DNA of 49,232 nucleotides from IMG/VR virus record IMGVR_UViG_3300028549_000279, one strand, 5' to 3'. This document shows positions 35,931 to 42,946 of the stretch, piece by piece. Position 1 is the first letter of the stretch. The number at the start of each line of letters is the position of its first letter. The translations under genes and the position numbers were made by a program. A model generated the notes under the pieces. That model was not told the DNA's origin, did no database searches, and was given only the letters and a program-made list of their open reading frames with translations. Origin of the DNA: a virus.

Positions 35931-36159
35931 TATTTTCTCCTCCTAATCCGTCCCAGTCACCGTTTAGTAGTGAAATAACGTCTGCAACTGTAGGAATATC
36001 CTTATTTTTCTGTAGTTCTTTCTCATATTGTTCTTGTATTGCAGCAACGTCTGGCATTTCTGGTTGCTTCCCTCTCATTTCCTGGATGTGCACAGCTGTA
36101 AAACATACAGCAAGAACACTACCAAAGAAAAATAACCCAAGTATCAATGCAGTTCCCAT
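35923..36159 (-). CDS. Small membrane protein (78 aa)
   Basis: The start is set at MGTALILGLFFFGSVLAV, with GAGAGGA upstream and the ATG 1 nt after the TerL stop. It has one TM helix and overlaps the portal start. Confidence 0.45.
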   Translation of the reverse strand: MGTALILGLFFFGSVLAVCFTAVHIQEMRGKQPEMPDVAAIQEQYEKELQKNKDIPTVADVISLLNGDWDGLGGENNG

Positions 36160-36160
36160 T

Positions 36161-37753
36161 CTACCATTCCTCTCTTTCATAAACATCATACACGTGTGTG
36201 TTATCCTGCAACTGCGGAGGTACCCAACTAGCTGCTCCAGTCGTAAGGTTATCTAAATCCCTACCGTATCGGTCATAAGAACCATAACATAATTTAGATG
36301 GGTCAGCTGGCAGTGCCATACAAATCCATTCTAAAGGATTGATACGATGATTGTTCTTATCCATAGGTTTATCTTGTGCTTTAGAAGTATCACCAATCTT
36401 CTTAGGTGGGAACTTGTACTCTCTAAGTTCTTCTATCAGTGTATTACAGCAGTCCATGATTTGCAACTTACCACTTTCTAAGTAAGTGTTGGTGCGGAAT
36501 ACACGCGCATCTACATTGACATGTCCAGGGATAAAGTTAATTCCGTAATCAATGAAGTGGTCATACAGAGTTTTCTTATTATAGTCACGCTTTGCTCCAG
36601 ACTTAGGGTCAAGTATAGGTGGACAATAATACCCACCGACTGGAATATCACCAGTCTCCTGGAAAAATAGCTTTGACAATTCTTCAATGTTCTTGTTGTT
36701 CGTGCTGATTTCTTTATAGATATATAATACACCATTCTTCTCGTCAATGGCTCCGAACAAATAAACGAAATCATCTGACAGTCCATAATCTGCTGCAACG
36801 ATTCTTCTCCAGTCATTAGGAATGTCAAAGGTTGTGCATATACAGGTTCCTGCTGAGGGGTATACTAAACCCTCTGCGTAACTAAATGAGGAAAATATGT
36901 AACGGTTAATCCACCAGGTTGGTTTATTCTTACACACCTGCTCAATAAATCCGTGTGGTAGGAAAACGTTACAATCGGTACTGGCAATGTGTGAACTGAT
37001 AGCAGGGTCTTTTGCACTAGGTGGCACATTAATATCTTCCATGATTCTACCGTGCTTATAAATATCCTGGCTCATGTACAGTACTTCTGTCTTAATCCAC
37101 CCAGAGTCGGGGTTGGATTCGATGATTCCTTTTAGCCAGTTCTCTTTTATAAGTGGCACGCTTAGTCCATTCTCCAGAGTTTCATAGAGTATCTTTCCAG
37201 TTTCATCTGTCTCTGGAATGGCTGCTGCCATGTTTCTTAAACGAGTCTTCAACTGTGTGAATGCTTCTGGTTTAACCTCAGATGCTTCTATGATGATGAA
37301 CATTGTTAAGTTGTAAGAACGTAACTTATCAACATCATCTAAAGGTCGATACATAATTCTAGCTCCGTTCACGAAATCAATGTAAGACTTCTGTGTGTTA
37401 ACAGAGCGTACTAATGCTGCTGGTATGTCTGCCTCAATGTCACGCTTAATAGTCTGCTCATACTGTGAAGAAACATTTGCTCCAATCAGAATGTTAGCGT
37501 TAGGGGTGAGGAAGATATGTTTGTAGAGTTCCTGTCTGGAAGTAAGTGTCTTACCCGTTCCGTACCCACCGAAGTTTCCGATGTATAAGTGGTAGTCTTC
37601 GTGTACAGATTCCTGGTGAGGCTGCGGTACGTAAGTATTAATGTACGCGTTGCATCTAGTACACTCTACGAAGAATTCAGAATCTGCCTCGTTTATAGCT
37701 GTACTCTTTTTAGTAGGACTGCCACAACGAGGGCAGACTGAGAAATCTTTCAT
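36161..37753 (-). CDS. terL: Terminase large subunit
   Basis: N-terminal zinc ribbon CPRCGS...CTRCNA. Walker A is GNFGGYGTGKTL and Walker B is MFIIIEASEV. The C-terminal half is nuclease-sized. Confidence 0.9.
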   Translation of the reverse strand: MKDFSVCPRCGSPTKKSTAINEADSEFFVECTRCNAYINTYVPQPHQESVHEDYHLYIGNFGGYGTGKTLTSRQELYKHIFLTPNANILIGANVSSQYEQTIKRDIEADIPAALVRSVNTQKSYIDFVNGARIMYRPLDDVDKLRSYNLTMFIIIEASEVKPEAFTQLKTRLRNMAAAIPETDETGKILYETLENGLSVPLIKENWLKGIIESNPDSGWIKTEVLYMSQDIYKHGRIMEDINVPPSAKDPAISSHIASTDCNVFLPHGFIEQVCKNKPTWWINRYIFSSFSYAEGLVYPSAGTCICTTFDIPNDWRRIVAADYGLSDDFVYLFGAIDEKNGVLYIYKEISTNNKNIEELSKLFFQETGDIPVGGYYCPPILDPKSGAKRDYNKKTLYDHFIDYGINFIPGHVNVDARVFRTNTYLESGKLQIMDCCNTLIEELREYKFPPKKIGDTSKAQDKPMDKNNHRINPLEWICMALPADPSKLCYGSYDRYGRDLDNLTTGAASWVPPQLQDNTHVYDVYEREEW

Positions 37754-37914
37754 AAGGTACCCTCCTGGTCTGGGACAAGCTGAACAAATTCTGGGGAGTG
37801 AACTTCCTTTTGGTTGTTGCTATAGAGAAGTTCAAGCTGCCCCCCAGGGTAAATGGTTGTGATGATTGCCTGCTCTCCAGAAATATCTATGACTGGTGCG
37901 CCAATCTGAAACAT
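37750..37914 (-). CDS. Hypothetical small protein (54 aa; MFQIGAPVIDISGE...)
   Basis: GGAGGA lies 6 nt upstream of the ATG (37914). The stop overlaps the TerL start (ATGA). Below the ORF-track cutoff. Confidence 0.5.
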   Translation of the reverse strand: MFQIGAPVIDISGEQAIITTIYPGGQLELLYSNNQKEVHSPEFVQLVPDQEGTL

Positions 37915-37916
37915 GT

Positions 37917-38276
37917 TTATTCCTCCGTAGGATTAGGTTCTGTTTTTAAGCTGTGTACCTTAGCTGCTTCAAAGTCGATGATTCTATTTTCTACTTCCAT
38001 AATGGCTTGTTCAGAAATCTCTGGACGTCCAGCCATCTCTGGGAAAGCATTCTCTAAGCATTTGCTAAAGGACAGGTTGAGTGCATCAAACAAGTCACGC
38101 TCCATATTCTCTGGTGAAAGGGTTGGGTCTTCTGATTCTGGCAGACTTCTGATATTGTTGATGACTTGCTGAGTCATGCCTGTCAGAGCTGAACACATCA
38201 TATCAGCGATGTGAGGAACTGGGATTGATTGATTAGCGAATGCAGAATCTTCTGTGATAACGACGATTGGTTTCAT
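37917..38276 (-). CDS. Hypothetical protein (119 aa); first gene of the late arm (small terminase candidate by position only)
   Basis: The start is set at MKPIVVITED, with AAAGGAGAA upstream. The track's longer start (38342) would include the promoter. Confidence 0.55.
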   Translation of the reverse strand: MKPIVVITEDSAFANQSIPVPHIADMMCSALTGMTQQVINNIRSLPESEDPTLSPENMERDLFDALNLSFSKCLENAFPEMAGRPEISEQAIMEVENRIIDFEAAKVHSLKTEPNPTEE

Positions 38277-38313
38277 ATTAGTTCTCCTTTGTGGTTGGTT
38301 GATTGATAGGTTA

Positions 38314-38342
38314 AGTATAACGGATTGTAGGAATGTTGACAA
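38314..38342 (-). promoter_or_regulatory. Sigma70-like promoter (minus strand) for the late/structural arm
   Basis: On the minus strand: TTGTCA (38342-38337), a 17-nt spacer, then TATACT (38319-38314). It lies about 38 nt upstream of ATG 38276. Confidence 0.5.
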
Positions 38343-38390
38343 GGGGGTTTAGGAATATTATTAGGGGAAATAAAACGTAAGTTATTAGAG

Positions 38391-38410
38391 CAAAACAAAC
38401 AAACAAACAA
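38391..38410. repeat. (CAAA)n microsatellite
   Basis: The sequence is caaaacaaacaaacaaacaa. Confidence 0.9.
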
Positions 38411-38416
38411 TAACTC

Positions 38417-38459
38417 TTTATATTATATATAATATATACTAATATATAGTAATTTAAAA
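38417..38459. repeat. Near-pure A/T tract 1 (TATA-type low complexity)
   Basis: The sequence tttatattatatataatatatactaatatatagtaatttaaaa contains only one C and one G. Confidence 0.9.
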
Positions 38460-38467
38460 CCCACCCC
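38453..38467 (+). promoter_or_regulatory. C-rich box copy c (TTTAAAACCCACCCC)
   Basis: It shares TTTAA-(N0-2)-CCCACCCC with the boxes at 43465 and 48379. No ORF follows this copy. Confidence 0.4.
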
Positions 38468-38751
38468 TACCTATCGCAACACTACCTTTTACGTAGCCAA
38501 CTCTCTCTCCACTACTGGTCATCATACTATAACATTTAATTTTCATTCACCTAACAGCGTAGCAAGTGGGTGTCTCATTGTGCCTCGCCCCTGTCGGCTC
38601 GGGTAATCTCACTTGAATTGTCATATACTTTAGAACAATTTAAACATTAGCTTCATTATTACGTATTAGTTAATTGTCAGACAGCTTGACTTATTATCAT
38701 ATGATTTGAGACAGGGTATGAATGAACACACTTTTTTAGTTTTTAAATATT

Positions 38752-38773
38752 GTATACGGTTCCATATACAGAA
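38752..38773. repeat. 22-mer repeat, copy 1 (gtatacggTTccatatacagaa)
   Basis: It is identical to 38999-39020 except for the central TT/AA, so the core GGTTCC is the reverse complement of GGAACC. Confidence 0.9.
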
Positions 38774-38850
38774 CACCCCTTTACCCCCTATTCCCTACTA
38801 TCCCACTAGGATATAATAGTCTGTCTTCTTTCCTTATTGTCTTACTATTC

Positions 38851-38906
38851 TTTTTATATTATATATTATTTATATATTATATTATAGTATATTATATATT
38901 ATTATA
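38851..38906. repeat. Near-pure A/T tract 2 (56 nt, candidate DNA-unwinding element)
   Basis: The sequence tttttatattatatattatttatatattatattatagtatattatatattattata contains a single G. Confidence 0.9.
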
Positions 38907-38946
38907 CATATATCTAAACTAAATAAGCTAATAAGGAAATATAGAG

Positions 38947-38962
38947 ATAGATATATATCTAT
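38947..38962. repeat. Perfect 16-bp palindrome ATAGATATATATCTAT
   Basis: It was checked to be self-reverse-complementary. Confidence 0.9.
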
Positions 38963-38998
38963 ATAACAAGGAAGAAATAGAGAGCAAAAGAGAGTAGC

Positions 38999-39020
38999 GT
39001 ATACGGAACCATATACAGAA
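38999..39020. repeat. 22-mer repeat, copy 2 (gtatacggAAccatatacagaa)
   Basis: See copy 1. The two copies bracket A/T tract 2 and the palindrome. Confidence 0.9.
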
Positions 39021-39059
39021 TTAAAAAAATAAATAAATTCATTTTCCAAAAACAGGGCA

Positions 39060-39093
39060 GTGTTCGATTAGTGTTCGGGAACATTTGTTCGAT
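39060..39093. repeat. Three TGTTCG(A/G) direct repeats
   Basis: gTGTTCGAT (39060), gTGTTCGGG (39071) and tTGTTCGAT (39085), spaced 11 and 14 nt apart. Confidence 0.8.
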
Positions 39094-39288
39094 ATAAATA
39101 AGTTATCTCATTTGTCACACTATTCCAACACACAAAAGATAGTAGGCTACATTGCTTCCACAACTCAGCACCATAAGCACTCAGCTATATCACATCTCAC
39201 ATATCCATCGCCCCAGACCCAAAACCCAAGACAGGGCACACTGAACCAGCTATCCACAACCATACTTAATAATCTATAATAAGTATGA

Positions 39289-39336
39289 TGTGTTTGTGAG
39301 TATAACAAGAACTATATAAAATATAGTGTGTTTGTG
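39289..39336. repeat. Two TGTGTTTGTG direct repeats 38 nt apart
   Basis: The copies lie at 39289-39298 and 39327-39336, each followed by (t)agta. Confidence 0.8.
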
Positions 39337-39440
39337 TAGTACCAGTGGAGATGATGATTGATTGGCAACATTGTTTCCACTGTCCCCTAAACACAACACT
39401 AGGTCAAAACATTAATTTCCTAGTACTTTCATACGGGTAT

Positions 39441-39737
39441 ATCTGACATCGTGTCAGATGAACCCTTGCTTATGCAAACCAGACTGAGGCACGTCTCGTC
39501 TCACGCCTCGCTATTTCGGGTGCGGGTGTCTAACACATCCATGTGTTAGCCAGCCTACTTGCGACGTGTGCGTGCTAAGGCTTGTGCATCTCTGTAAACG
39601 AGATGCCTAATACCAAGCCTAAGCGTGCACATTGTATCGCCCCTTGTAAACAACAACTTCGTCAAGGGTACAATATTCAGGCAAGACATCACCGCGACAC
39701 GAGCACGATACTTCTTAATGTGGTATTAAGAAGTATC
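39441..39737 (+). ncRNA. Candidate structured noncoding RNA (family unknown)
   Basis: A GC-rich island in AT-rich DNA holds five hairpins: 39441-39459 (8 bp, 3-nt loop), 39530-39549, 39568-39630, 39641-39668 and 39707-39737. The third has 16-bp outer and 7-bp inner stems with two G-U pairs valid only on the plus strand. The fifth is a 13-bp perfect stem followed by TGATTGTTGATTG. No ORF with an RBS is present. Confidence 0.3.
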
Positions 39738-39815
39738 TGATTGTTGATTGAATATTGTATAACAATTTTATAAACGCACATAAAACAAAAGCGTGCATAA
39801 AATTCTTACAAGCCC

Positions 39816-39844
39816 TTGACTTTGTTTTCGGGGCGATGTTTTAT
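39816..39844 (+). promoter_or_regulatory. Possible early promoter (plus strand)
   Basis: TTGACT (39816-39821), a 17-nt spacer, then TTTTAT (39839-39844). The -10 box is weak. Confidence 0.3.
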
Positions 39845-39962
39845 ATGTATAGTTTTTTAAATTAGCTTCCTTAGAACCACTGCTAAGTAAATAACTATAT
39901 GTAACTATTAATTTAATTTAAGTAACTATTAACTTAACTCACAGAAAGAAATAGGTAGAAAC

Positions 39963-40421
39963 ATGGATTACACAGCATTAGAAAAAGAAGTAAGTACAGC
40001 AACAATCGAAGACGCAATCAACAACGCATCTGAAACAAACACAGGTCTAGGACTTTGGACTGGAGAGAAATCAGTTAAACTCACTAACGTAGAACTATTC
40101 ACCACTGACAAAGGCGTTAAGTACTTCCGCTTATTCTTCATGGATTCCGCAGGAGTTCCTATGCCATCACAGTTCGCAGACCAAATGGGAAACATTGCCA
40201 TCCGTCACGACCAGTTCCTTAACAATTTTGTACCGAGCATGAAGTTCATACACACGATGCCAAGTACAGCAACAGCTATGGATGTCATTAAGTTACTAGA
40301 GACAGAGTTCCATACATTTTACTTTATCACTAAGTCTTCCATGAAACCATGGGGCATGTCGATGTTCACTGTAATTGACTACAAGCTGACATCTGAAAGA
40401 GTAAGGGGTGTGCAAGCATGA
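39963..40421 (+). CDS. Hypothetical early protein (152 aa)
   Basis: It is the first ORF of the plus arm and is coupled to the next gene (ATGA overlap). Confidence 0.6.
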   Translation: MDYTALEKEVSTATIEDAINNASETNTGLGLWTGEKSVKLTNVELFTTDKGVKYFRLFFMDSAGVPMPSQFADQMGNIAIRHDQFLNNFVPSMKFIHTMPSTATAMDVIKLLETEFHTFYFITKSSMKPWGMSMFTVIDYKLTSERVRGVQA

Positions 40422-40879
40422 AGAAAGTCAACATTCTCTCCCCCTCCGAGTACAAAATAAAAGCTGATACACTTGAAGAATTAAAACAAATACAATTTGA
40501 GATTTCCCAGTTAAACTGGGAGACTCTCAACTGTATCTGGAATCAAGCACAGAATGTAACACAGCTTGATGAACTGCTTACACAAGCAATTGAACATTTC
40601 AATTTTCAAGAAGATGAATCAGCTGAAAGATTAGGACATGCTTTCCAATATGATATAAGAAATCCTGGAAAGTTTTGTTACTCTTTCAACAGTGTACAAT
40701 CTGAAAAGTATACAGAACATATTGAAGTATACAAACCATCTGTTCTAACAAAGTTCAGAGAGTTAACTCAATTACTTGCTTATAACATGTTTGGGATTGA
40801 GAAAGACTGGACAGAATCTGAATCACTTGTACTTCCATTAAGCGCATGTGACTTAGGTATTCAGCTCTACTGTCAATAA
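40418..40879 (+). CDS. Hypothetical early protein (153 aa)
   Basis: An AAGGGG RBS is present and a strong terminator follows. Confidence 0.65.
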   Translation: MKKVNILSPSEYKIKADTLEELKQIQFEISQLNWETLNCIWNQAQNVTQLDELLTQAIEHFNFQEDESAERLGHAFQYDIRNPGKFCYSFNSVQSEKYTEHIEVYKPSVLTKFRELTQLLAYNMFGIEKDWTESESLVLPLSACDLGIQLYCQ

Positions 40880-40883
40880 AAAC

Positions 40884-40912
40884 AAGACCTGGCTAACCCC
40901 AGGTCTTTTTTT
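40884..40912 (+). terminator. Rho-independent terminator
   Basis: aagacctgg-ctaacc-ccaggtctt (9-bp stem) is followed by TTTTTTT. Confidence 0.85.
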
Positions 40913-40957
40913 ATACTACGTAACGGACGTTACATAAATATAAGTTGTTGGCAAGTT

Positions 40958-41111
40958 GAGTGTGTAGTAAGAACCAACCCCACGAGCATAGTGCCGCTTG
41001 TGTGTTTTGGATCTTACTACACGCTCCCTTGTTGCCCTGCTTTCTATTTAAAAATAATCTACGCGCTTCACAAGGACTGCGCAGAGTTGAAACAAAAAGA
41101 TGTTTCACTCT
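40958..41111 (+). other. Hairpin-rich noncoding segment (possible small RNA or leader)
   Basis: A 15-bp stem (40958-40972 / 41012-41026, one G-U) encloses a 7-bp inner stem. A second hairpin lies at 41083-41111 (11 bp, one bulge). The ORFs called here lack an RBS. Confidence 0.35.
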
Positions 41112-41168
41112 TGCTCCATCCCCTAAACAATTCTACTCACTACTCTTACTCACCGAACCCTAAGAGCT

Positions 41169-41200
41169 AGGTCAAGTACAAGGTCAAGAACCAGGTCAAG
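41169..41200. repeat. Three AGGTCAAG iterons with an exact 12-bp period
   Basis: AGGTCAAG occurs at 41169, 41181 and 41193. A fourth CTAGGTCAA lies at 39399-39407. The iterons are followed by a (T)CGCTCGC mini-repeat at 41206-41228. Confidence 0.85.
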
Positions 41201-41382
41201 GGATTACGCTCGCTTCGCTCGCGCTCTCAGTGCCAGGTACACACTACCTTTTACCTACACCACAACATAGACAACATTACTACCCACGCACAGCATGAAG
41301 TAGTTTACTGTAATATAGATAACAACGTCCCCCACGCCGCCTCACGTCAAAATTTTAGGGGCACCCACCTAAGGAGATAAAC

Positions 41383-41634
41383 ATGGCAAAGAAACACACG
41401 TTCAGCAAACCTTATGACAACCTAAAAGAATTAAAGACACATCTTAACATCATATATGGTACAGATATCTTTAAAGACTGTGCTGATATGAACATCTTAT
41501 GGGCTAAAAGTGATGTGCCTGTACCACCTTTGGTATACTACACATTAGGATATATTGAGTACTTTGCGTACCAATATGATGAAGAAAAAGAAATAATAAC
41601 ATTATGGATAGATTCTCCTAATGTTAAAAAATAA
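41383..41634 (+). CDS. Hypothetical early protein (83 aa)
   Basis: An AAGGAGA RBS is present. Confidence 0.6.
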   Translation: MAKKHTFSKPYDNLKELKTHLNIIYGTDIFKDCADMNILWAKSDVPVPPLVYYTLGYIEYFAYQYDEEKEIITLWIDSPNVKK

Positions 41635-41646
41635 GGAGGTTTTGTG

Positions 41647-41796
41647 ATGAAGTTTAAATTATTCAAAAAGAAATCTAAACCAGAAAACAAAGTCAATCCA
41701 GAATCAGTAAGACGTGAAATGTGTATCAGAACAGTAGAAGCTGGTATCTGTCCACATGCTTGTGAAATATGTGCCTGGGGAATCTTTCATAAATAA
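41647..41796 (+). CDS. Hypothetical Cys-rich small protein (49 aa; MKFKLFKKKSKPEN...CPHACEICAWG)
   Basis: AAGGAGG lies 8 nt upstream. Below the ORF-track cutoff. Confidence 0.45.
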   Translation: MKFKLFKKKSKPENKVNPESVRREMCIRTVEAGICPHACEICAWGIFHK

Positions 41797-41808
41797 GGAG
41801 GTTGTTAC

Positions 41809-42090
41809 ATGTATAACTTAAAAATAAAAGAAATGCCTACTAAAAGTGGTTATTACTTGTGTATTGTAGAAGTAGAACTAACTTATAAAACACATGAATA
41901 CACACCAATGATATTAAAATACAACACACCAGCTATTGATGCGTTTTCTGATGGCTTCTATGACCCTGCTTACTATGGTGGAGAAGACTCATTAGCAGAT
42001 ATAGGAACAATCATAGCATGGCAGCCTATCGAACCATTCTCACCAGACCCTATAGAATACGTACCTTTTGGAATAGCAACTAAATACTGA
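41809..42090 (+). CDS. Hypothetical early protein (93 aa)
   Basis: An AAGGAGG RBS is present. Confidence 0.6.
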   Translation: MYNLKIKEMPTKSGYYLCIVEVELTYKTHEYTPMILKYNTPAIDAFSDGFYDPAYYGGEDSLADIGTIIAWQPIEPFSPDPIEYVPFGIATKY

Positions 42091-42136
42091 TAAATAATAA
42101 CAAAACTATAAACCTAATATCGAAAGGAATCACACA

Positions 42137-42505
42137 ATGCAGAAATTCATAAAGTTTTATCATAACTACAATAAAGTAGCTTTAGTAGTGTATTTAATAG
42201 TAATAGCGTATATGTACTTTGCTAAAGAACCATTACGAATATTCTGGATAGTAGCAATAGTAATAAGCATTATAATAAACATACTGTTACTACTGTGTAT
42301 CTTATTAGATGCACGCACTTCAACTAAAAAGATAATCAAAATTGAATCAAAAACAAAGCCATATGATAACTCCCCAGCATTTATGGAGTTCTTAAACAAA
42401 CTACCAGCATCAACATTAGATTTGATGTATACCATAGACAAACATGGTAATGAACACAGAGCTACCTTTACTGTTGAAGATGGTAAGATAACTGATATGA
42501 AATGA
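42137..42505 (+). CDS. Small membrane protein (122 aa, two TM helices)
   Basis: The hydrophobic segments are VALVVYLIVIAYMYF and IFWIVAIVISIIINILLLLCILL. Confidence 0.6.
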   Translation: MQKFIKFYHNYNKVALVVYLIVIAYMYFAKEPLRIFWIVAIVISIIINILLLLCILLDARTSTKKIIKIESKTKPYDNSPAFMEFLNKLPASTLDLMYTIDKHGNEHRATFTVEDGKITDMK

Positions 42506-42514
42506 GGTGAATAA

Positions 42515-42946
42515 ATGTACTCAAAAGTAATAAGGTATGGTAGACATGAACTAAAAGGGAAACATTGCTACCTCTGTATCCAACCTATGCAGCTCCAAGC
42601 AAATCTAAAAGGTTTAGTAATTCCAACTGAAACAAGAAACATATTAGCCTGGGCAGATATTTATCCTAACAAAGATGTAGAAAATACAACCTTTGCTAGA
42701 CTCTCTGAGTTCCCAGTAGGTGCTGGGTTTGTAGAGCTTGTGAAACAAAAACCCTGGGATAAGTTACCAAAAGGACAAGAAATTCTAGTAAAGAATACTT
42801 TAGAAGAACCTTGGAAGTTAGGACATTTTTCATTCTTCTACCAAACAGGACCAACCAGTAAGACTTACGTAACAGAACACAAAGTACCTAAATCTTTTAA
42901 GTATTGGAACTATGCTTTACAAGTAAATGTAATGGAGGTGAAGTAA
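42515..42946 (+). CDS. Hypothetical early protein (143 aa), paralogue of the next gene
   Basis: It shares the C-terminal pattern KG.xILV(K/R)...W...F...Y(W/R)YAL.V with the 42946 ORF. Confidence 0.6.
   Translation: MYSKVIRYGRHELKGKHCYLCIQPMQLQANLKGLVIPTETRNILAWADIYPNKDVENTTFARLSEFPVGAGFVELVKQKPWDKLPKGQEILVKNTLEEPWKLGHFSFFYQTGPTSKTYVTEHKVPKSFKYWNYALQVNVMEVK

Noticed and set aside
37917-38342. Longer N-terminal extensions offered by the ORF track (38342, 27341, 31371, 36189, 4063, 11527, 42904, 43485, 1523, 2558)
   Set aside because: In each case an internal ATG is preceded by a strong AGGAGG-type RBS at 5-9 nt. The extension would cover that RBS, a promoter or the previous gene's 3' end.
38851-38962. 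AT-rich repeats as a CRISPR array or minisatellite
   Set aside because: There are no regularly spaced repeat/spacer units of constant length. The tracts are simple TA-type low complexity plus one palindrome.
39055-39095. GTTCGA-containing repeats as a tRNA T-arm
   Set aside because: The flanks cannot form an acceptor stem, D-arm or anticodon arm. The word is part of a triple TGTTCG direct repeat. I found no tRNA-like cloverleaf in any intergenic region.
39085-39279. 64-aa ORF inside the noncoding hub
   Set aside because: It has no RBS and starts with a non-ATG codon (TTG) in the track. Its composition is biased (H/T/Q/S-rich), and repeats surround it.
40911-41163. ORFs 40911-41108 (minus strand) and 40960-41163 (plus strand)
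   Set aside because: They overlap each other, lack SD sequences, and lie in hairpin-dense DNA directly after a strong terminator. The reading frames are better explained by GC-rich structured noncoding sequence.
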